Source: Eledone cirrhosa (Eukaryota). From it: a stretch of DNA of 64,000 bases. Location of the stretch: assembly GCA_964016885.1 (NCBI GenBank), contig OZ024740.1:281356001-281420000 (forward strand), read 5' to 3'. Below, piece by piece: positions 11,721-25,100 of the stretch. Below the pieces are notes generated by a model. That model was not told the DNA's origin, ran no database searches, and saw only the letters and a program-made list of their open reading frames with translations. The stretch's first letter is position 1, and each line of letters starts with the position of its first letter. The position numbers and the translations under genes are program-made.

Positions 11721-13997
11721 TTGCGAGGTTTTTTATATGAAATCGTGTGTCGAAACAAATATTGTTATACTTGAGTGCAACAAAAACAGGAACCTATCCA
11801 ACTGCATAATAGGCAGCATGGATCTGGTATCACTGTACCCATCCATTAACATTGATTTTGCTGTGGAAAAATGTGTGGAGATGATCATTGAGAGTGAGGT
11901 GGAGTTCTGCGACGTCGAGACAGACGAACTGGGCCTCCTACCAAGACTTACCTACGACACTGACTACCTAGACAGCCATGACCTTTGACGTTTCTGCCCT
12001 AGTAGACCCATAAGAGGTAGACCCCCCACCATAACCTCAATGGCAAAAAAGACTCCCATGGGAAGGTGGATTGGGTGGACCAAAGCTATACGGACCCCCC
12101 AAAATAATGATCAGGTAAGAAAAATGGTCGCAGATGCAATAGGGGCTAGTATCAAAACTACCCTAAAAGGCCACATATTCAAGTTTAACGAGAAGATCTA
12201 CACCCAAAATGAGGGAGCAGCCATTGGCGTCAGCATAGCTGGTTATGTTGCCAACCTTTTCATGGTATGGTGGGAAGGAGACTTAAAGATCTTAATGAGA
12301 GCTCCATAGACCTCATCATGTACTCTCGTTACGTAGACGATATCAATATAGTTATAAGAACATCCCCACTAGAGAGCACTAACAAGTTTGATTTAGAACG
12401 TAGCACAATGGAAAGCATCCAGCAGATAGCTAATTCCATACACCAGAGTATAACTGTAACTATCGACTTCCCTTCCAAACACCCTAACAATAGACTACCT
12501 GTATTAGACACGGAACTCTGGATTAACACTATAGACGAGAGAGCCCAAATTCTACACTCACACTATGCTAAACCCATGGCCTCCAAATACCTGATACTCA
12601 AAAACTCAGCAATGTCCAGTAGTGCTAAGTTTAATATTCTGATCGCAGATTTGGTACGAGTGATGAAGAATGTGTCCCGCATGTGCGACCCAACAGAAAT
12701 GGAAAGACACATCCAACACTTCATCAACCGCATGCAGTTCTCTGGCTACAACCAAAGAGACAGAGTCAGAGTATACGAAGGAGCCATGGAGAAGTATAAG
12801 ACCCTCATAGAACTGGACATGAAAGGAATTTGCCCATTATACAGGAGCAAATCGTGGAATAGCTTAAATAGGGCTAGACATAAGATAGGGAAAGCCACCT
12901 CATGGTATGACAACCAGAGATACCAGAGTGTCATGTTTGTGGACGCTACCCCTGGAGGGAAATTAGCTAAACAGTGTAGAAAGGCCCTGAGAAAGACCCA
13001 CTTAAGATTAAGGTGGTAGAAAAGCCAGGAACCACCATAAAATCCCTGTCAGCAAAACCTACCCTTTTAAGAAAACCCACTGTACTAATAGGAAATGAAT
13101 CATATGTAAGGTAAACCCCCGGATAAACTGTAAATCTAGAAACGTAGTCTATAGCATAAGATGTACAGAGGGTACTTGCAGAAACATGACAACAACATAC
13201 ATAGGCGAGACAACTCGTAGCATAGGTGAAAGGATAGACCAACACTGGGGGAAACTAAAAGGACGAAAAAACGGTTCAGTACTATACGAATATGCCAGAC
13301 AACAACACGACGGTAACATAGACAACATAGAAATTAGAATAATATCTAAACATAGAAATAACCCAGCAGATAGGCAAATCAGAGAGGCCAGTGAAATAGA
13401 ACTTAGAAGGCCAAGACTAAACAGAAAGAATGAATGGAATAACAACAACACCCAAACAAACAACACTGACCTAAGAGAAGTATAAATAAATAAATAAATA
13501 GATAAATAAATAAATAAATACATACACAAGCACAATAACAACAAACACATATAAACACACACTACTAAAGATAGAATACATTATCCGATACACAGTCACC
13601 CAATCACGAACACACATCAAACAAAACACTATACACACAGGCAAACGCATGCGCAAAGAAGACAAAATAAAATAAACAAACAAACAAATAAATAAATAAA
13701 TATATAGACAGACTAAATAAAAATGGTGTAGACATACAATGTAACGGGAGGAAACAATAGCACCACTGACGATGTTGCAGATGTGCAACGAAAGAACTTT
13801 GATAAACTATATATATGTGTTTGTGTCTATATTGTATTATTTTTGACCGTCGGTCAGTCAATGGCAACATTGAGGACCGAATAAATTAGATTACCGATAT
13901 AAAAGACACAGAAGCGACAAGCGAAAACCAACCAAACAGTGAGTGTGTTCTGTTATTAATTCTGGCAATATTACACAAATATGACCCTCCCCAAGTA

Positions 13998-14000
<3 letters not shown>
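11718..14000 (+). mobile_element. Penelope-like element (Neptune-like), 5'-truncated, bounded by (TA)n
   Basis: Frameshifted RT (GSMDLVSLYPSI, QNEGAAIG, RYVDD, LPVLD) then GIY-YIG (NVVYSI...YIGETTRSIGERIDQH). A decayed hammerhead lies at about 13765-13805, and there is a short inverted terminus at 11718-11775. Confidence 0.9.
11776..13485 (+). pseudogene. PLE RT + GIY-YIG polyprotein, disrupted
   Basis: ORF pieces 11737-11988, 12040-12309, 12267-13019 and 13186-13485. Confidence 0.88.
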
Positions 14001-14036
<36 letters not shown>

Positions 14037-14037
<1 letters not shown>

Positions 14038-14676
14038 AAAAATAGGGGAGAAGAATACTGCATGGTTGCACATGGATAACATGTTATAAAATGAGTCCCT
14101 CATCAGTGATTTGCCAACGGTCATTGGTATTTCATTGCATTAAAAATCATATACCTCACGTTGGTGCAATAATAACTAAAATAAGTTATTAGGACAATTA
14201 AAACGCGTAAAGCGAGTGAGACAAGTAAACAACACAGGGGAAAGCTAACCGAAGATAGGAAGAAACACAAGCTACATAGTTATTCTATCAGTATAAGCTG
14301 GGTGAATATATGAGCGAGTTAGAAATAGACCTTTCGCGATGAATCCGATGCAAGAAAGAAGGAAAATCGTTTTCGCAGCGAACGGGGGGAAGTGAGAAGG
14401 GGAGAAACAGTGAGTGAGTGAGTGGAAGTGCGAGGAAGAGGTCAGTAGAGAGAAAGTGTTAACTGACATGACAGAGGGGACGAAAGAAAGTAAGAGACAC
14501 AGAGAGAACGAGGGAGCAGTAAGAGAGAGAGAGAGACGAAAACAGAATCGTAGTTTAGGTAAATATATGTGAAAAATAGGGGAGAAGAATACTGCATGGT
14601 TGCACATGGATAACATGTTATAAAATGAGTCCCTCATCAGTAATTTTCCAACGGTCTTTGGTATTTCATTGCATTA
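14037..14676. mobile_element. Non-autonomous PLE-type repeat with direct terminal repeats
   Basis: 14039-14141 is repeated at 14573-14676 and is homologous to 9485-9560. Confidence 0.6.
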
Positions 14677-14679
14677 CAT

Positions 14680-17294
14680 ATACAAAATCGCGCCGAGTGG
14701 AACGGGCATCCGAGTCCCAAATCCAAAAAGCTTTGGGACATGTTTGGGCAGAAAAGGCCCGCATCAGACGTGGGCAGAAATATAGAACCGTGGACGTGTT
14801 CTTTGGAACACCACAGGAGGCCAGAGAGCACTCCATTGCCCCATTAAGAAGCGACGACTTTACACTCGTCCCAAGCTATTGTGGTCAGAGACTCGTGAAG
14901 ATCAGGGTGACTCACGTTCCACCGGCCATCGAAATTCCCTGGCTAATGGCTGCCGTCCTCGCCGACATCGAGGCCAACACCAAAATAATTGAAATATCAA
15001 AAGAAAAGCAGGAGAACTGATCCAGATCTGGGATGGAGCCCCTGATCCAAGCGGACCAAAAGAGCTTGAGGAAATCCCAGAGGTAATAGACCTCACTGAC
15101 GGCAGCCACCACACCGTAATCGTCGAGGGTGGAAGGCCAAGGTGTGTCGTTAGGAACCCACCTAAAGGCCTTCTGCCCTGAGGCTAAAAGGTTGAGGCCA
15201 CCTCTCTTAACCACCCCAGTGACTCAACCATCAACACGACCAGCAGCAGAAATCGCAGCAACAACAGTCACCAAAAAGCGAAACAGAAACAAACCCACAA
15301 CAAATTAAATTTGAACAACAACCAATTATTACACTACATCCGACACAACACCAGCATCACAGAAAAAGAATACACAACAACCCAAAAGTTCACACCACCT
15401 CCACACATACAAATCACTTGCATCACACAGAAAACGTACACGACATTAAAACAAAAATTCCCCAAAGACATCGGAGACTTCCGACAAGCACTCTCCAGGA
15501 GGATTTATAAGGACATCCTTCCGGAGGAGGCCACAAGCAGTGAAAAGGATGGAGAAATCATCCTTACTCTACGAGAAGTAAGGTAAGTGGTCTTTCCCAT
15601 CTTTTCCACTCCATTTCAACATGACTTCACTCAGAATAGGCAGCATAAATGCGCGTGGCTTGAGGTCGTCATGGAAGCAGGGCCACCTTCTCAACGACCT
15701 CAGGTCACTAAACATAGATGTAGTGGCCATCAGCGCGACCAGAATCTCCGAAGCACAGGCCTTCGCACCGATCTTCGGCGGCTACGATGTGTACGCATCT
15801 CCCAGCCGTCCTGGATCGGGAGGAGGAGTTGCTGTGCTTTTTCGGAGAGGTTTGGATCTCGCAATACGGGCCATCTTCCTGGACCCAGAAGGTAAGTTGA
15901 TGGTGCTGGACGTGACCAGCGGAGACGGGCAAACTTTCAGGCTAGTGGACGTTTATGCCCCGACAGGAGCAGGGCGGCCTAATTTCTTCCGGCGTCTGGA
16001 GACCTTTCTTGGAAAATCCCGTTCTTTAGTGTTAGTGGGCGAATGGAACGGGATCTTAGATGCACGCTGGGACTGTGTGGGATTAGCGGATAGGGGAGTA
16101 GGGTGCAAGAGCCTCACCAACCTGCTCAGGCGTTTTGAACTGTCTGACAGGTACGGATTGGATTACCCGAATGTGCCAATGTGGACTTCGACAAACCGCA
16201 TTGGGTCATCCAGATCATATCTATATAGAGTATTTTGTAGGGAAATAGATAGGTCTAGCATAGACGCGTCTATGCCCAGCTCGTCTCCTTTATGGAGCTG
16301 CAGTCCTGGGTTAAGCGAAGACCGAGAGGGAGCGCTTGGAGACTGGAATGTCTTGAGGCGCTCACAGCCCTCGACCAATCGAGCAATGTGATCGATAGAA
16401 ACTCCACCTTGGCATTATATACAGAATTAGTGGAGGAGAAGAGCGACGACGTACTTGGGGAAACTAAAGGCGTCAACGAAAATCAACTAGTCAATCTCAT
16501 CGGAAGAACTTTCGGGCCGAGGCCTATGGACAACTACCAGAAATCCCTGGCCTGGCAGTGCTACCGAGGAGCTTTGCCAGTTCGGGATAAACTCTACAGG
16601 CATGGAGGTGCCGTCAGTCGGACATGTCCGAGATGCACGCAGGGCGACGAAACCGTTCTGCACGCACTCGACCAGTGTCCGAGCATTGCTGACTTGTGGG
16701 TTTATGTCGAACAGCTGCTATCGCGTGTAGGACAGATCCAGCTATCAGCTGAGTCAATCGTGAGGATTTCCCCTTCCTCTTCCTTTAGCCGGGAAGGGCA
16801 GGAAGTTTTTATCTGTCTGGTGGCCATGGCGAAAGGGATAGTATGGTGGATACATTTGAAAGGGCTGAAGACGAGCACTTACGTCTTCGGTGATGCCCTG
16901 ATTAACTTTTTCAAATTTCATTTGAAAAGGAAAATCAGGGTAGAGAGGGAAGTGCTCTCTTCCCAGCATTTTGTTAAAAGATGGGTGAGCGAGGCAAGTA
17001 TGGCCCGAGTGAATGGGCCTACTCTGAGTATGTGTCTCTGTAAATTAAAGGTGGAAAACTGGGAGAGGGCACTTGCACTGGTGGTCAGGGTCACTGTGGC
17101 CTTTTACTGGGCTTTCTCCACGAATGTCCCTCGGAAGTCTCACCCCTATTGGGGAATTTTTCATTGTTATTTTTTGTTACATTCTCTGTTTTTGTTTTTT
17201 ACACGCAGAAATGACCATTTGTACCGTCCTGTATTGTCCTGCACTGTCCTTAATGTCTCCTTTATGTAAACGCTTGTGGTTAATAAAGAAAGCA

Positions 17295-17325
<31 letters not shown>
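14680..17325 (+). mobile_element. L1/Tx1-type non-LTR retrotransposon (subfamily B), 5'-truncated, with internal deletions including about 2 kb of RT
   Basis: ORF1 remnant, APE (MTSLRIGSINARGL...VLVGEWN), a jump at about 16262 to the C-terminal CCHC (CPRC..ETVLHALDQC), AATAAA and an (ATT)n tail. Confidence 0.93.
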
Positions 17326-20300
17326 GTTATTCCTTGAATCTCAGTCATTGATGTTAGTTAACTGGAAAGTCCGTTGGAATGAATATCAAGCCACTACCTG
17401 CAGCCTCAGATATTCAGGACGTATCGGACGGTTCTTGCTGTTCCCAGCAAGCATGCCTTTTGAAGCGTTCCAAAAAGCGTGAAGGGGCCGATTTTCTTTA
17501 ACCATCCCTGGAAACTTTTGGAGATAGTCCCCAGTGCGCCTATGACAATCGGGATCACTTTGACTTCATGGCAGTTCCAAATCCTTTTTACCTCCCACTT
17601 TAAGTCCTGGTATCGGTTAATTTTCTCCCTCTCCTTCTCTTGCACTCTCGTGTCGAATGGGCAGGCCACATCCACAATCAGACACGATCTTTTTTCTTTG
17701 TCCACAACCACCAGGTCAGGTTTATTGTGTTCCAGTTTCTTGTCCGTCTGTATCCTAAAATCCCACAGCACCTTCACCTGATCGTTCTCCATCACCGCCT
17801 CTGGCTTATGCTCATACCATTTCTCAGAATGTGGTAAATTGTTTACTTTGCACAGGTGCCAGTGGATCACCCTGCCCATCACATCATGTCTCCAGCCCTT
17901 ATAGTGGGTCTGGGCTAGGTGTTTACATTCGGACACAATGTGAGCCACAGTCTCCTCTCTCCACAGATCCTGCACAGTGGGCTAGCCTCCTCCTTGTAAA
18001 TATGGTGTTTCAACCACTTCGTTTTGAGGGCCTGCTCCTGCGCAGCCATTAACATTCCTTCTGTAGCCTTTTTAAGGTCTCCTCTTCTCAACCAGTTCCA
18101 TGTCTGTGGATCTCTAAATTCAGTTTTCTCAAAGAAGGTACTATGAAGGGATTTTTCCTGAAGGCTGCTCTTTCTCCTTGATGTTATTTCCTCCTTGGAC
18201 ATCTCCTGGCCAATTGTCCCCTCCGTCAGTACAGTTCTGAGCATTGGCTCCTTACTATCAGTCACGTATTTGTGTAGGTTGTTTTTCTCCATCTGAACAC
18301 AGTCCTCTATGCTGATAAGACCTCTTCCACCCTCAGATCTCCTTAGGTAGAGTCTATCGACATCACTCCTCTTGTGGTACATGTTGTAGATAGTCAATAG
18401 CTTCCTAGTCTTCCTATCCATTTCTTTTTGTTCAGCAACATTCCATCTCAGAATTCCTGCACTGTACCTAATAATAGACACAGCTCGGGAATTTACTGCG
18501 CTTAAGGCATTTCTGCTGTTCAGATGTGACTTCAACACGCTCCTTACTCTCCGAATGTATTCAGTTCTTAACAATTCCTTCATTTTTTTGTTCTTTATGC
18601 CATCAGCCTCCAGAACGCCCAAATACTTGTATCCTTCCTCAGAGTCAATTTCCTTTATCATCTCACCTGTGGGTATCTGGATTCCGTTACTTCTGCTCAA
18701 CCTACCCCTCCTCATCACAATTACTCCACACTTACTAATACCAAACTGCATACATATATCACTGCTGAAAATACGGACAGTGTCAACAAGCACATCCAAC
18801 TCCTTCTCACTCTTCCCGAAGAGCTTAAGATCGTCCATGAAGAGGAGGTGATTGATGGTAAGCCCTCCCTTTCCCAACCCGTATCCTGCTCTCACTTTTC
18901 GCAGTACACTGGTCAGGGGCATCAGGGCAATGACAAACAACAGAGGGGACAGGCTATCTCCCTGGAAGATACCTCTCTTGATCTTCACGCTTCCCAAGGA
19001 TTCTCCAGTTGATGTCAACTCTGTTTCCCAGGACCTCATACTCTTGCCCAGCAACTGTCTGATGTTATCTGCCACCCTGAAGATCTCCAGGCTTGTGGTG
19101 ATCCAGGAATGAGGCACCATGTCAAATGCCTTTCTGTAGTCTATCCATCCCATGGCAAGATCAGTGTGTCTCCTCCTGCAATTCCCCATTACCATCTTAT
19201 CAATAAGTAACTGGTCCTTTGTACCACGTGACTTCTTTCGGCATCCTTTCTGTTCGTCCGGTAACAAGTTGTTTGTGTGGAGGTGATGGTAGATTTCCTC
19301 AGACACGATGCTCGTCAACAGTTTCCACATTACGGACAGACATGTGATAGGTCTATAGTTGGTAACATCATTACCCTTGATTTGGTCTTTCATTATCAGA
19401 ACTGTGATACCTTTTGTCAACCACTCTGGTACCTCACCTGACATCAAGCAGTCATTGAACATGGTTGTCAGTTTCGGGTGGAGGGATGTTATATTTTTAA
19501 TCCAATACCCCTGCACACCATCTGGGACTGGTGATTTCCAGTTGGTTAGTTTTTTGGCCTGCCCCTTAAGAGTTTCAACTGTGATACTCAAATCAGTTTG
19601 TTGGTGTGCCTGCTCACCGATCTCCCTCTGTACTGTCTCAATCCACCCTGCCTGGTCATTATGTCTAAGATCTTGCTCCCATATTCCTCTCCAGAATGTT
19701 TTAGTTTGTTCCGCCTCAGGGATCAAGTCGTTGCCTCTTTCTTTCCCCTCAAGCTGTCCAAACAGCATCTTCTGGTTGTTGTCGAACATGCGGTTATGTT
19801 TATACTGACTGACTCTGTTCTCGTATCGCCTGATTTTTGCACTCTTTGCTACAATGCGTTGCTTCAGTTCCTCTATGATAATATTTAGCTTTTTCCTCCT
19901 AGTTTTGTATTTTATTTCCAGTCTATTTTTAGTGCCTATGTTTTTTAGTGTCCCATTCAGTAGTGACTCAAGCTTTCCAATGTCATTTCTCATTTCCCTG
20001 ATTTGACCACTCAGTCGTTTCTTCCACCAATGCTCTGCTCTTTCTTGTCTGTTGTTTTCTCTCGCTTTTATACCAAGTAGTTTCCTCACCGTATTTGCTG
20101 TTGCTTTGAGGATATTGTTGCACTGGTGAAGGCTCCTCGCCTCAAGGTATGGGATGACTTTGTTTACCTTAGCTGTTGTTTCTTTTAACTTTTTTCCTGT
20201 CTACAAATCTTAGGTTCATAGGTCTCCCACTATCATTGTTCAATTCATCTACCACTAAATTTAGGATGTCAACCGAATCTTGTCCTAGCCCGTCAACATT

Positions 20301-22103
20301 CATCTCCTCAGTGGCCGTATCTCTGTTCCAGGTATTATTTATCTCAGTATTCAGATCATTGTCTGCTTCGGGTGGTTCCTCCGTTCTCTCGACCTCTTCA
20401 CCTTCATTTCCCACTGGCTCGTTTGCCTGGCATACTCCACTCTCCATCTCCAAGCTAATCTCTCTGCTCAGTTCCTCCAGTTCCAGCTCGCTTATCCACC
20501 CATTAGTTCTTATTACCCGAGCCTGCCCGGCCAATTTTTGTTCATCTAATTTAAATAGACCAATCTCGTTCCAGATGTTATGCATCCGTCTCCTATAGCC
20601 CTTCTCCTTGGGGTTACTTTTCAGGTAACATTGCATAACAGTTCTATTCAATTCTTTCGTCCAGTTGGTTCTGGTCCCTTTCCTTCTTCTTCTTCCTCCG
20701 ACACCAGCAGTATTTGGTTGACAGCCAGGTTCCTGCTGCTGAGCCAGGGAGCACCTGTTGGGTGAGAGTCTGTCACATGACGTTCTAGTCTCCATTTCAC
20801 CGTTATTCGAACTGTTTAGGTTCGATATTTAAACACTCTTATCGAGGATTGGCGAATGTATGGTTACATACCCATCTGTGGATTCACCGTCTCCGGTGGT
20901 TGCGCCGCTCCGCTTGGCTCTTGTGTGGAATTATCACCACGCTGTAGACGAACACAAACAAACAAACAGAAAGAAAAAACCCCAAAAATGAATAAGCATA
21001 AGTTTCATTGTAATGTAGTGTTCGAATGTCTGACTTAGTTTTTCACTTCTCTTCTCTGTCCGTCCGCTTGTTTCTCTCTTCATTCTTATTTTCTTTACGT
21101 TTTTTTTTGTTTTTGTTTTTCTCTGTTTGTTTTTCTCTTTTTGTGCTGTTGTTGCTGTGCTGCTTTGGTTTTGATGTTTGTTTTTTCTTTTGAGTCTATC
21201 TATATATTTTGATGCCTTCCTCGTTTTTAGTAGGAATTCTATAATGTGGTGGCAGCAACTAGCAGGAAGCAATGGGAGAGAATAGCGGCGGTAGCGATAC
21301 TGAGACAGTGGTGGTGGTGATGTCGATACTGAGGCAGTGGTGGTGGTGATGTGATCGTATTACTGTAGTGATGGTGTTGTAGCGGTGGTAGCAATGAAGG
21401 AGTGGTGGCGGCGGTGATGGGATAGTGGTAGTAATGATGGCAGTGATGGTGGTGATGTGATCGTATTACTGTAGTGATGGTGTTGTAGCGGTGGTAGCAA
21501 TGAAGGAGTGGTGGCGGCGGTGATGGGATAGTGGTAGTAATGATGGATGAGCGGCGTTGTCGTTACTGATGTCCGTTCGGTGAATCTATGGGGTTAGTCG
21601 CGTACATGTTTGTGACATAAATTCCCTTAATGTTGGACTTAAACATTTTGTTAAAACTTGAGACAATAATACTAGTATCTATTATTATCATTATTATGTT
21701 GAGATTGGTTGTGGTGGTGGTGAAATTGCCGTTATCTGGCTGTTGCGTTTAGTGTACACAGAGAGGTGATGGGGTAGGTGGTGTATCTAGTTCTGGTATT
21801 GGTGAGATTGGTGTTGTTTGGCTGTTCTATACAGTGTAGACAGATGAGGGGAGGGTCTTCTTCTTCCAGTTATTGCCATTTTCTTTTTTGAATATACAAT
21901 GTACAATACAAAGTTGAATATTTGAATATTTGAGCCTATTAACAATATATTTTCGGTCCGAATTTTTTTTGGGCTCAAGCCGGATGCTTTACGTAGCATT
22001 TGTACTAAGAGTTGTTATTTCACAAATGATTTAAATATGTTAAAAATTCAAAACTTACGGGAGCGATTTCATGACCTTCTACCACCTCGTGTGTCTTCTT
22101 CCC
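17326..22103 (-). mobile_element. R4/Dong-type RLE non-LTR retrotransposon, full length, frameshifted (copy D1)
   Basis: N-terminal WTKELN domain, RT ([25 protein letters not shown]), CCHC and RLE (KPDLVVVD...IVDVACPFD...EKINRY), flanked by (TTA)n. Confidence 0.93.
17406..20795 (-). pseudogene. RT-RLE polyprotein of Dong copy D1 (two frameshifts)
   Basis: ORF pieces 20169-20795, 17915-20089 and 17406-17975. Confidence 0.9.
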
Positions 22104-22134
<31 letters not shown>

Positions 22135-25100
22135 GTTGTTATTCCTTGAATCTCAGTCATTGATGTTGGTTAACTGGAAAGTCCGTTGGAATGAATATCA
22201 AGCCACTACCTGCAGCCTCAGATATTCAGGACGTATCGGACGGTTCTTTCTGTTCCAAGCAAGCATGCCTTTTGAAGCGTTCCAAAAAGCGTGAAGGGGC
22301 CGATTTTCTTCAACCATCCCTGGAAACTTTTGGAGATAGTCCCCAGTGCGCCTATGACAATCGGGATCACTTTGACTTCATGGCAGTTCCAAATCCTTTT
22401 TACCTCCCACTTTAAGTCCTGGTATCGGTTAATTTTCTCCCTCTCCTTCTCTTGCACTCTCGTGTCGAATGGGCAGGCCACATCCACAATCAGACACGAT
22501 CTTTTTTCTTTGTCCACAACCACCAGGTCAGGTTTATTGTGTTCCAGTTTCTTGTCCGTCTGTATCCTAAAATCCCACAGCACCTTCACCTGATCGTTCT
22601 CCATCACCGCCTCTGGCTTATGCTCATACCATTTCTCAGAATGTGGTAAATTGTTTACTTTGCACAGGTGCCAGTGGATGACCCTGCCCATCACATCGTG
22701 TCTCCAGCCCTTATAGTGGGTCTGGGCTAGGTGTTTACACTCGGACACAATGCGAGCCACAGTCTCCTCTCTCTCTCCACAGATCCTGCACAGTGGGCTA
22801 GCCTCCTCCTTGTAGATATGGTGCTTCAACCACTTCGTTTTGAGGGCCTGCTCCTGCGCAGCCATTAGCATTCCTTCTGTAGCCTTTTTGAGGTCTCCTC
22901 TTCTCAACCAGTTCCATGTCTGTGGATCTCTAAATTCAGTTTTCTCAAAGAAGGTACTATGAAGGGATTTTCCCTTAAGGCTGCTCTTCCTCCTTGGACA
23001 TCCCCTGGCCTACTGTCCCCTCCTTCAGTACAGTTCTGAGCATTGGCTCCTTACTATAGGTCACGTATTTGTATAGCTTGTTTTTCTCCATCTGAACACA
23101 GTCCTCTATGCTGATAAGACCTCTTCCACCCTCAGATCTCCTTAGGTAGAGTCTATCGACATCACTCCTCTTGTGGAACATGTTGTAGATAGTCAATAGC
23201 TTCCTAGTCTTCCTATCCATTTCTTTTTGTTCAGCAACATTCCATCTCAGAATTCCCGCACTGTACCTAATAATAGACACAGCTCGGGAATTTACTGCGC
23301 TTATGGCATTTCTGCTGTTCAGATGTGACTTCAATACGCTCCTTACTCTCCGAATGTATTCAGTTCTTAACAATTCCTTCATTTTTTTGTTCTTTATGCC
23401 ATCAGCCTCCAGAACGCCCAAATACTTGTATCCTTCCTCAGAGTCAATTTCCTTTATCATCTCACCTGTTGGTATCTGGATCCCGTTACTTCTGCTCAAC
23501 CTACCCCTCTTCATCACAATGACTCCACATTTACCAATACCAAACTGCATACATATATCACTGCTGAAAATACGGACAGTGTCAACAAGCACATCCAACT
23601 CCTTCTCAATTTTCCCGAAGAGCTTAAGATCGTCCATGAAGAGGAGGTGATTGATGGTAAGCTCTCCCCTTCCCAACTTGTATCCTGCTCTCACTTTTCG
23701 CAGCATAATGGTCAAGGGCATCAGGGCAAGGACAAACAACAGAGGGGACAGGCTATCTCCCTGGAAGATACCTCTCTTGATCTTCACGCTTCCCAAGGAT
23801 ACTCCAGTTGATGTCAACTCTGTCTCCCAGGACCCCATACTCCTGCCTAGCAACTGTCTGATGTTATCTGCCACCCTGAAGATCTCCAGGCTTTTGGTGA
23901 TCCAGGAATGAGGCACCATGTCAAATGCCTTTCTGTAGTCTATCCATCCCATGGCAAGATCAGTGTGTCTCCTCCTGCAATTCCCCATTACCATCTTATC
24001 AATAAGTAACTGGTCCTTTGTACCACGTGACTTCTTTCGGCATCCTTTCTGTTCGTCCGGTAACAAGTTGTTTGTGTGGAGGTGATGTTAGATTTCCTCA
24101 GACACAATGCTCGTCAACAGTTTCCACATTACGGACAGACATGTGATAGGTCTATAGTTGGTAACATCATTACCCTTGATTCGGTCTTTCATTATCAGAA
24201 CTGTGGTACCTTTTGTCAACCACTCTGGCACCTCACCCGACACCAAGCAGTCATTGAACATGGCCGTCAGCTTCGGGTGGAGGGATGTTAAATGTTTAAT
24301 CCAATACCCCTGCACACCATCTGGGACTGGTGATTTCCAGTTGGTTAGTTTTTTGGCCTGCCCCTTAAGAGTTTCAACTGTGATACTCAAATCTGTTTGT
24401 TGTTGTGCCTGCTCACCGATCTCCCTCTGTACTGTCTCAATCCACCCTGCCTGGGCATTGTGTCTAACATCCTGCTCCCATATTCCTCTCCAGAATGTTT
24501 TAGTTTGCTCCGCCCCAGGGATCAAGTCGTTGCCTCTTTCTTTCCCCTCAAGCTGTCCAAACAGCATCTTCTGGTTGTTGTCGAACATGCGGTTCTGTTT
24601 ATACTGACTGACTCTGTTCTCGTATCGCCTGATTTTTGCACTCTTTGCTACAATGCGTTGCTTCAATTCCTCTATGATAATATTTAGCTTTTTCCTCCTA
24701 GTTTTGTATTTTATTTCCAGTCTATTTTTAGTGCCTATGTTTTTTAGTGTCCCATTCAGTAGTGACTCAAGCTTTCCTATGTCATTTCTCATTTCCCCGA
24801 TTTGCCCACTCAGTCGCTTCTTCCACCACGGCTCTGCTCTTTCTTGTCTGTTGTTTCCTCTCGCTTTTATACCAAGTAGTTTCCTCACCGTATTTGCTGT
24901 TGCTTTGAGGATATTGTTGCACTGGTGAAGGCTCCTCGCCTCAAGGTATGGGATGACTTTGTTTACCTTAGCTGTTGTTTCTTTTAACTTTTTCCTGTCT
25001 ACAAATCTTAGGTTCATAGGTCTCCCACTATCATTGTTCAATTCATCTACCACTAAATTTAGGATGTCAACCGAATCTTGTCCTAGCCCGTCAGCATTCA

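Noticed and set aside
21950-22103. HDV-like ribozyme at the Dong 5' end
   Set aside because: I could not identify the nested double-pseudoknot pairing by eye.
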